A stretch of 40,124 nt of DNA from an uncultured Chitinophagaceae bacterium. Lineage in GTDB: Bacteria; Bacteroidota; Bacteroidia; Chitinophagales; LD1. The notes under the pieces were generated by a model. That model was not told where the DNA came from, did no database searches, and saw nothing but the letters and a program-made list of their open reading frames with translations. The position numbers and the translations under genes are program-made. The stretch spans positions 28,465-68,588 of the forward strand of contig CAZSEG010000001.1 of assembly GCA_964605875.1 (NCBI GenBank). Direction: 5' to 3'. Shown piece by piece: positions 33,203 to 39,357 of the stretch (positions are counted from its first letter, which is position 1; the number at the start of each line of letters is the position of its first letter).

Positions 33203-33995
33203 TCAGCTTGCTTGTTGCTTAAATAGTTCCATGCCTGGCATATCATCGTATCTCTCGCTTAGCTTTTGTCTAAGTCCAAACAGTCTTTTTTCTGCCGTAT
33301 CTACAAGTTGTCCAAATGTGGTAATTCGTATTTTGCCCATTTCAACGTTGTTTTCATTTTTAACTGTCGAAATAGGTTGTATCTTCTCTTGAAATGATTC
33401 ACCAACTACAAATGCTTCGATGTAAGGACTACCAATTAAGCTACCACAATTCACAAAATCCTCAACGTACCCTTGTGCTTGGTTTCGTTCATCACGAGTT
33501 AGTTTGAATTTTCCTCGTTTAAGTTCAACGATAAGCACTTTATTTACAGTTGATAGTCCTGAATCATTGTCAAAAACTTCCGTTCCTGTTACCGAAGCTG
33601 TTGCATCATTTAAGACAACAATGTCAGGACGTTTTTTGTGATTATTAAAAACTTCTTTTCCAATTTTCTTTTTGAAAACTGTCTCAATAGCACTTTGTAG
33701 TTGACGATTTGATGAATATTCTGCTGATTCAAATTCAGGTCCAAATAGCCAACGAGCCGCTGTAACAAGCGGGTGCAAAACGTGTAACTCATCAACATCT
33801 TCGTCTTTTGAAAGTTTTCTTATTGCTTCAATAACAGAAATCCTGTTGGTCAACAGTTGTTGCTCCTGCGTCCCAAGCGTTGGCAACAAGTTCAGTAAGG
33901 GCAATTTCAGGTGAATGAACAATAGCCCCTAATGTCCGAATCAGATAGTCTTCTTCAAACAGCGAACCCTGAAAAAATGTGTTTTTATCCGCCAT
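33203..33995 (-). pseudogene. decayed GHKL (HATPase_c_3/MORC-like) ATPase - PD-(D/E)xK nuclease gene
   Basis: ATG at 33995 encodes MADKNTFFQGSLFEEDYLIRTLGAIVHSPEIALTELVANAWDAGATTV (Bergerat N-box ExxxNAxDA), then stops at 33828. A second frame (33203-33922, no ATG) encodes the C-terminal nuclease-like part: 'RPDIVVL', 'LIVELKRGK' and 'QAQGYVEDF' (D...ExK...Q..Y, DUF4263/Shedu-like). The ATPase core between them is missing. Confidence 0.6.
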
Positions 33996-34005
33996 ATCTA
34001 ACGTT

Positions 34006-34983
34006 TTATCCGCTTATTTTACTGATAGCTGTTTCATATTTTGTTTCTACATTTTCTTTCACAACCTCCAAAAACTCACACAAATCAGGATTTACCTCAA
34101 CTTCATAAGGTGCAGAAAAGAAACTGCCATTCATTGATTGAGTATGTTGTTTAAAGTAGTTCAACATTGCAGGGTCGTTGTCCACTAAGATTGAATTTCT
34201 GTTTTCTTCAATGCAAACTCTGCCTGTTGTTCCCGAACCTGCGAAAAAGTCAAGAACCAAAGAACCCGGATAAGATAAGCCTTTTACAAATCTGCGAATG
34301 AGTTCAAGTGGTTTTTGTGTCGGGTGTCCGACACGCTCAACAGAATTTCCGTTAAGTCGTCCGATTTCCCAAACGTTGGTTGGGTTTTTCCCTTTCTCAA
34401 TGCTTTCAGCTAAAAGCCGTTTATCTTTTAATGCGGCTTTTTTGCTTTCTTCATCATAGGGAACACGAACAGAATCTAAATCAAAAAAGTAGTCTTTGGT
34501 TTTGGAAAGCCAAATGGCTTCTTCGTGTCGGTTGGCAAAAAAGCGGTGGGCACTCATTCCGTTTTTGTAATACCAAATTACAAGATTGGTAAAACGCAAG
34601 TCGGTATTATGTCTTGTGTAGTGCATAATTTCCAACAAGTCGCCTTTTTTCAAATCCTGATATTGAAAACCGCCAAAGATTACGCAATTTCCCGTGTCTG
34701 AAAGGACACGATAAATTTCGTCTAACCATTGCTTTGCCCAATCAAGATAATTTTCAAATGTATCCCAATGTGCCAAATCAATGTTGTATGGGGGGTCAAT
34801 CAAAACCAACTGCACCGAAGAATCAGGCATTTTTTTCAAGAACTCAACTGCGTCCTGTGTGAACAAACCGTGATAGGTTTTTTCAGGCATTTTCGTTTCG
34901 ATGTGGCTACTGTGTGCAACACCATTCTTTTTTAGCGTATTCATCGCTATATGCCCTGCATTGAAGTGTGATTTGTTTGCCAT
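34006..34983 (-). CDS. beta-class N6-adenine/N4-cytosine DNA methyltransferase (N6_N4_Mtase family), M2
   Basis: Motif IV 'LIDPPYN' precedes motif I 'LVLDFFAGSGTTG'. Also 'HPTQKPLELIRRFV'. This circular permutation order marks the beta group. Confidence 0.85.
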   Translation of the reverse strand: MANKSHFNAGHIAMNTLKKNGVAHSSHIETKMPEKTYHGLFTQDAVEFLKKMPDSSVQLVLIDPPYNIDLAHWDTFENYLDWAKQWLDEIYRVLSDTGNCVIFGGFQYQDLKKGDLLEIMHYTRHNTDLRFTNLVIWYYKNGMSAHRFFANRHEEAIWLSKTKDYFFDLDSVRVPYDEESKKAALKDKRLLAESIEKGKNPTNVWEIGRLNGNSVERVGHPTQKPLELIRRFVKGLSYPGSLVLDFFAGSGTTGRVCIEENRNSILVDNDPAMLNYFKQHTQSMNGSFFSAPYEVEVNPDLCEFLEVVKENVETKYETAISKISG

Positions 34984-34984
34984 A

Positions 34985-35794
34985 CTACTTTACGGTTTTA
35001 AATGTTTTTAAATAATACTTTTCAGTCAGAAACTCTTTGCCAAAAGTTTCTTTCAGTAATGAAACTTCTTCTTTGGAAAGTTTGTCGGGTGCGTTTTCAA
35101 TTTTGTTGATACGCTCTGTTATTTGCTGTTCGCTTTCTTTGTGTTGTAGCTGAATTGTCTGTGTAGAAAGAACAAACTGTAATACTTCGATTGAACTTGT
35201 TTCCTGTTTGATAATTCCTGTTGCTTCAAGAATATTTAAAAGAAACGGACATCTTCTTTTTGCTCCTTCTTCGGTTGCAGCTTCAATACCGTTTTGGTCG
35301 CAGTAACTTGCGACAAACAAAGCCTGAAAGAAATTTTGGTAAATGCTGTTTTTTGTAATTGTCACTCTTCGTTCAATACGATAGAGATAGTTAAGCATTA
35401 AGCCAACTGCGTGCATATCCAAGAAAACTTTTGTAATCAGTTTTCCTTCAAGGTCAAGTTTTTTGAATAACGGTTTTAGTGCTTCTGCAACTTCTTTTCC
35501 TTTTGGCGTAAGTTGCAAATGATAATCTGTGTCTGCACCAATTTTTCTGTCATCAACGATTAAACCCAATTCCATTAAGCCTTGCAACTTGTATTTTGTT
35601 TGTCGTTGAAAAGCACCTAATCTGTCTTCGCCAAGATTTCCTCTAATTCTGATGTAGTTGCTATCAAGGTGCGTTCCTTTCAAACGTCCGCCAAGCAACG
35701 TTTTCAGGATATACAAAATGTGCCCAAGATGTAAGCCTTGCGGAAAATGATAACTTGCTTCTGTAAACTCTCCGATTTCTCTAAGGAATTTCAC
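34985..35794 (-). CDS. winged-helix-containing protein of unknown function (partner or detached C-terminal part of the SIR2 protein)
   Basis: MarR-like wHTH pattern 'KYKLQGLMELGLIVDDRKIGADTDYHLQLTPKGKEVAEAL', with a second similar segment 'FLLNILEATGIIKQE'. The GTG start overlaps the SIR2 stop by 4 nt (GTGA). The same frame is open upstream to 35875. Confidence 0.55.
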   Translation of the reverse strand: MKFLREIGEFTEASYHFPQGLHLGHILYILKTLLGGRLKGTHLDSNYIRIRGNLGEDRLGAFQRQTKYKLQGLMELGLIVDDRKIGADTDYHLQLTPKGKEVAEALKPLFKKLDLEGKLITKVFLDMHAVGLMLNYLYRIERRVTITKNSIYQNFFQALFVASYCDQNGIEAATEEGAKRRCPFLLNILEATGIIKQETSSIEVLQFVLSTQTIQLQHKESEQQITERINKIENAPDKLSKEEVSLLKETFGKEFLTEKYYLKTFKTVK

Positions 35795-36474
35795 CCAAGA
35801 GCCGAAAAGAGCAAGATAACGAGCAACTTTAAATTCGCCTTGCTCATTGATTTCCTGTTGTGTCGGTTTACGTCGTCAAAACTGAATCCTATAAACAAGA
35901 ATGTTTTGGATAACAAATCGCCTCTTAATGCAGTTGAGAACAATTCTTTTTTGTCGTTGTAGGTTTCATAATCATCTTTTGTCAAAACCGCTTCATCAGG
36001 TGAGTTTTTATCTCCGTGCATTTTGTAAACAATAGCGTCCTTTTTCTTGATATTTCTTGAAAAGTCCACATTTCTGATTTTCGTTTCAACTGTTTTGCCA
36101 TCTGCTTCCAAAGTTTTTTCAATGAGCTGGTCGTAATTTGTTGTCCAAAATGTGTCAACGCCTATTCGGGATAAGATTTTATGATTTTCATTCCCTGTTG
36201 TTAGTGTGGTAAATTCGTTGATAATCTTGTTGTTTATTTTGCCACGTTTGAATTTGTTGAAATGATATTGTGCAACAGAGATTAAATCGTGTTGTTCCTT
36301 ATCAATATCTAATTTTAATTCAACAGCTAAATCTCTCAATAACTCTTTCCAATTTACAAAACCTGATGAAGCCGAAAATCCTGCTCCTGCAAAAATTGCA
36401 GCATCGCCACTGTTGATTTCTATTACAAAATCATTTATAAATTTCTTTTGTTGTTCTGTAAATTCCATAATCAT
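35791..36474 (-). CDS. SIR2-family (SIR2_2 / defence-type) NAD+-utilising protein
   Basis: 'AAIFAGAGFSASSG' (Rossmann GAG, aa 25-38), 'FWTTNYDQLIE' (catalytic Asn113), 'VYKMHGD' (catalytic His153), 'VLTKDDYE' and 'FLFIGFSFDD'. The last 26 aa (VNRHNRKSMSKANLKLLVILLFSALG) look non-native. Confidence 0.75.
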   Translation of the reverse strand: MIMEFTEQQKKFINDFVIEINSGDAAIFAGAGFSASSGFVNWKELLRDLAVELKLDIDKEQHDLISVAQYHFNKFKRGKINNKIINEFTTLTTGNENHKILSRIGVDTFWTTNYDQLIEKTLEADGKTVETKIRNVDFSRNIKKKDAIVYKMHGDKNSPDEAVLTKDDYETYNDKKELFSTALRGDLLSKTFLFIGFSFDDVNRHNRKSMSKANLKLLVILLFSALG

Positions 36475-36487
36475 TTATGCCATTGTT

Positions 36488-37807
36488 TTATCTGTTTAAA
36501 TAATTCTCTAAAATTTCGTTTGCCAAATCCGAATATCTGGAATCCGATAAAATTTCAAAGTCTGTTTTCAAAGCCTTTCCGTATTCTGCTTTTGGTTCAA
36601 AAAGAGTTGTTTGGAAAAGAGTATTGTCAGTATCATTTTTGCCGTTCACATAATCGCCCATTCCCTCAAGTCCTATAAAAAAACGTTTCAAAATATTATC
36701 CAATGCTTCTGAACTATTATCCACACCAATCCATTTTCTGCCTAATTGCTCCGCAATGCCAAGCGTTGTTCCTGAACCTGCAAAACAATCCAAAACAATA
36801 TCATTTTCGTTTGATGAAGCTTCAATAATTCGTTTCAATAAATCAGGATTTTTCTCGGTCGGGTAGCCTGTGATTTTGATGTTTTGATTAAGAGAATCTT
36901 GCGTATCTAACCAAATATCCTGAACGGGAATACCTCTATCCATATCCAAAAAGACTTTTCTTCTCGGATTGCCATTTGCAGACCAATACATTTCTCCATT
37001 TCTGTCAAACTCTTCTAATTTGTCTGGTGTGTATTGCCAATGTTTTCCTTGCGGTGGCAACATTCCACGCCATTCTTTTCCTGTTTCTCCGTTTCTAATT
37101 CCCGGTGCGTGAATTGGCACTTTTTTGTACCGTCTGCCTGTTGCTTCATCAATACACGGATATTCTTTCAAAATCTTTTCGTCTGTCCAAACTGCGGTTG
37201 CTCTATGCCAAGTAAAATTTTCTGTTTTAGAATAAAACAAAATGTAATCGGAAATATTTCCGTAGCTGTTTCGTGTTGAATTTTTGTTACTGCATTTTTT
37301 TCGGGTAATAAAACCACGAAAGTTTTTTGCTCCGAAAACTTCGTCCATTATGATTTTGATTTGCGAAGTCATATTGCTGTCAAGATGAACATAAATAGAA
37401 CCTTCATCACACAACAGTTCACGCAACAAAATCAATCTTCGTCTGATAAACTCAATAAAATGACTGCCGACTAAATCGTCTTTGTAAGAATCTTTTTGAT
37501 TTCGTGATTGAAAAATGCTGTTTGTGCCGTAAGGCGGGTCAATGTAAATCAGCTTGACTTTGTTTTTCAAATTGCCCGATTGCAACAGAAAACGTAACAC
37601 GTCTAAATTGTCGCCATAGAACAATTTGTTTTCTTTGAATTCGCCATAAAGCGATTCGTATTTTTCGGTGTATGGCGTTGATATAATTTCCCTTTCAGGC
37701 ATTTTGCCTTTGTAGGTAATTTCATAATCAGTTTCAAAAGGAAAATGTTCAGACGAAATAATCTGAACTGTTTCCTGCCACATTGTTTTTGTTACGCCTG
37801 TTGCCAT
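36488..37807 (-). CDS. beta-class DNA methyltransferase (N6_N4_Mtase, Mod-like; probably m6A), M1
   Basis: 'LFYGDNLDVLRFL...KLIYIDPPYGT' (motif IV), then 'YPTEKNPDLLKRIIEASSNENDIVLDCFAGSGTTLG' (motif I). Confidence 0.85.
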   Translation of the reverse strand: MATGVTKTMWQETVQIISSEHFPFETDYEITYKGKMPEREIISTPYTEKYESLYGEFKENKLFYGDNLDVLRFLLQSGNLKNKVKLIYIDPPYGTNSIFQSRNQKDSYKDDLVGSHFIEFIRRRLILLRELLCDEGSIYVHLDSNMTSQIKIIMDEVFGAKNFRGFITRKKCSNKNSTRNSYGNISDYILFYSKTENFTWHRATAVWTDEKILKEYPCIDEATGRRYKKVPIHAPGIRNGETGKEWRGMLPPQGKHWQYTPDKLEEFDRNGEMYWSANGNPRRKVFLDMDRGIPVQDIWLDTQDSLNQNIKITGYPTEKNPDLLKRIIEASSNENDIVLDCFAGSGTTLGIAEQLGRKWIGVDNSSEALDNILKRFFIGLEGMGDYVNGKNDTDNTLFQTTLFEPKAEYGKALKTDFEILSDSRYSDLANEILENYLNR

Positions 37808-37811
37808 AGTC

Positions 37812-38672
37812 TTAACTTTTTAACCATTCAAGGGTAATTCTTTCGGGTATCATTCGTAGCGTTACTACTTTGATGTCGTCCGATGCTTCTTCAATGTAAC
37901 TGTAATCGTCCCACATTGAACCCAACAGCAAGCCCGGTCCGTCATTAACGAAAATGATTTTTGTTCTTAAATCTTTGCCGACTGCATATTCAAGTAATTC
38001 ACGGGAAGCATTGGAATATCCGCCCGTTCTGTCATCTTCCTGTGCACCTCCTCTGTCCGAATCGTATCTTGCAAAACCGACCGCCAAAATGTTGTTTCCG
38101 TCCTTGATGATAAAATCCGCAGGACGGTTAGGTTTTGTATAATCTTCAAACACTTCGCCAAGCAAAATATCTCTGCCTGCTCGTTCGGGTCCAAGTATCT
38201 CAAATTCGGGAAATTTGCTTCTCAAAAGTTCAAACATTCTTTCGGTCATATCATAACCTTTTTGCCCTCTGTCTTTGTATTCCCAAAGAACAGCACAAAG
38301 TGCTTCATCAGGCATAGGACGAGATACAAATGCTTTTTGAACTTCAACGATTGGTCTGAATCCTTTACCAAATTCTTTGCAAATCCATTCTGCTTTTCGC
38401 TTTTGTTTCAGCATTTCCACAGGCGTGTTAGGACTTACATATTTTCTGAAAACTCTTGCAAGCTGAACTCTCATCCAAGGCTGATTGATTTCTACTGTTT
38501 GCAAAAACAATTTTTCAGAACTTTCGCTTGATTTTAAAAGTTGTCCGAAAAGTTCAAGAACAGGTTTGTATAAATTACAAGCATCAACAAGAATGTCAGG
38601 ATAAAATTCTCCTGTTGCAAGTGTTATCCAATTTGCGTTTTCCGCTTTATAGTCTCTAAATTTATTTGCCAT
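37812..38672 (-). CDS. putative type II restriction endonuclease (distant DpnII/MboI-like pattern)
   Basis: It sits between the XRE gene (1-nt gap) and M1 (4-nt gap). Three segments parallel the R.DpnII/R.MboI blocks as I recall them: 'KDRGQKGYDMTERMFELL' versus RKNRGGD.M, 'ADFIIKDGNNILAVGFARYDSDRGGAQEDDRTGGY' versus FDFVIK...IE.NYY..GGSKLNE..R.Y, and 'IIFVNDGPG' versus FVWITDGQGW. The E of the IE.N block is not conserved. Confidence 0.5.
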   Translation of the reverse strand: MANKFRDYKAENANWITLATGEFYPDILVDACNLYKPVLELFGQLLKSSESSEKLFLQTVEINQPWMRVQLARVFRKYVSPNTPVEMLKQKRKAEWICKEFGKGFRPIVEVQKAFVSRPMPDEALCAVLWEYKDRGQKGYDMTERMFELLRSKFPEFEILGPERAGRDILLGEVFEDYTKPNRPADFIIKDGNNILAVGFARYDSDRGGAQEDDRTGGYSNASRELLEYAVGKDLRTKIIFVNDGPGLLLGSMWDDYSYIEEASDDIKVVTLRMIPERITLEWLKS

Positions 38673-38673
38673 T

Positions 38674-38988
38674 CTATTTTTGTTTCCTGTGATACTTTAT
38701 TTTTTCTTCCGCTACTTTCAAAATTTCAATTCCGTCTTCTTCCTCCAAAAGTTGATAAGTGATTTTATCGCTTAGATAACGAACTTTTAAATCTGCTTTG
38801 TCAATACGAAAAATTCTTGAAATTCCGTCAATGATTTGTTCGTTAGCATTGCGTTCATTCTTTTCTATCTTACTCAAAGTTGATGTGTCAATGTCCAACT
38901 CTGCCGCAACTTTCCTAAGCGGAAGATTTGCGTTTTCCCGAAGTGTCCTAATGTATTCTCCGAATGATATGCTTTCTGTTTTTGACAT
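38674..38988 (-). CDS. XRE-family HTH regulator (candidate controller/C-protein of the operon)
   Basis: HTH_3 pattern 'FGEYIRTLRENANLPLRKVAAELDIDTSTLSKIEKNERNAN'. It is the first gene of the operon, 1 nt upstream of the endonuclease gene. Confidence 0.75.
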   Translation of the reverse strand: MSKTESISFGEYIRTLRENANLPLRKVAAELDIDTSTLSKIEKNERNANEQIIDGISRIFRIDKADLKVRYLSDKITYQLLEEEDGIEILKVAEEKIKYHRKQK

Positions 38989-39010
38989 TTTTTGCTTTGG
39001 CGTATTTTGT

Positions 39011-39037
39011 CCAAAAAAACAGAATAGTTTTTGTCTG
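39011..39037 (-). promoter_or_regulatory. candidate operator (imperfect palindrome) in the operon leader
   Basis: Plus-strand AAAAAAAC-AGAATA-GTTTTTGT lies 25-50 nt upstream of the XRE start codon. On the minus strand GACAAAA occurs twice. No promoter boxes were confidently identified. Confidence 0.25.
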
Positions 39038-39177
39038 CCAATAATTTTAGCTCAAAAAGTTATTCACGTTGTCTGTTAAGAAAGTTGCAAAGTCGGGTGG
39101 CGGGTGGGCTTGGGTGCGTTGGGACAAAATTAAATGTGGTGCAAAAGCGTTGGCTTTGTGACCGCACCTCAATTATA

Positions 39178-39357
39178 CACAAAATTGTCAATAGAAGCAC
39201 GTCACCCCGCCTGACGCAAAACCGATGTTGGGTGCTGCCCTTTTTCGTCCGTCTGTTGGTGCGTTGGCAAGCAAGCTCTTTTGCATTTTTTGTTTGGCTT
39301 TGTGTGTGGGCAAAAATGCAAATGTGCTTGCTTTAGCGTTGGCTTGTGTTTATTCGC
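39178..39357. repeat. non-coding island-boundary element, copy B
   Basis: Homologous to 32996-33190 (see copy A). It contains the TTTGCATTTTT/AAAAATGCAAA hairpin at the equivalent position. Its right end overlaps the last ~8 codons of the AbiEii gene. Confidence 0.6.

Noticed and set aside
32922-33392. ORFs running through the boundary elements: 32922..33191 (-), 32976..33392 (+), and the analogous 39031..39336 (+). These might be a conserved small Cys-rich peptide.
   Set aside because: Aligning copies A and B shows the two plus-strand ORFs read the shared block CTCTTTTGCA in different frames but TGCAAATGTG in the same frame. The intervening lengths differ by 1 nt. No frame is therefore conserved across the element. 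The minus-strand ORF has no counterpart in copy B. I treat all of them as non-coding.
35738-35962. Plus-strand 74-aa ORF across the SIR2/wHTH junction.
   Set aside because: It is antisense to two overlapping, well-supported minus-strand frames. It has a low-complexity product and no start context.
33203-38988. Whether the operon is a Thoeris, type I or type III R-M, BREX or DISARM locus.
   Set aside because: - There is no TIR (ThsB) gene or SLOG domain, so it is not Thoeris.
- There is no HsdS or HsdR, so it is not type I.
- There is no Res helicase-nuclease, so it is not type III.
- There is no PglZ, BrxC or DrmA-like large gene, so it is not BREX or DISARM.
- Both methyltransferases are small stand-alone beta-class enzymes.
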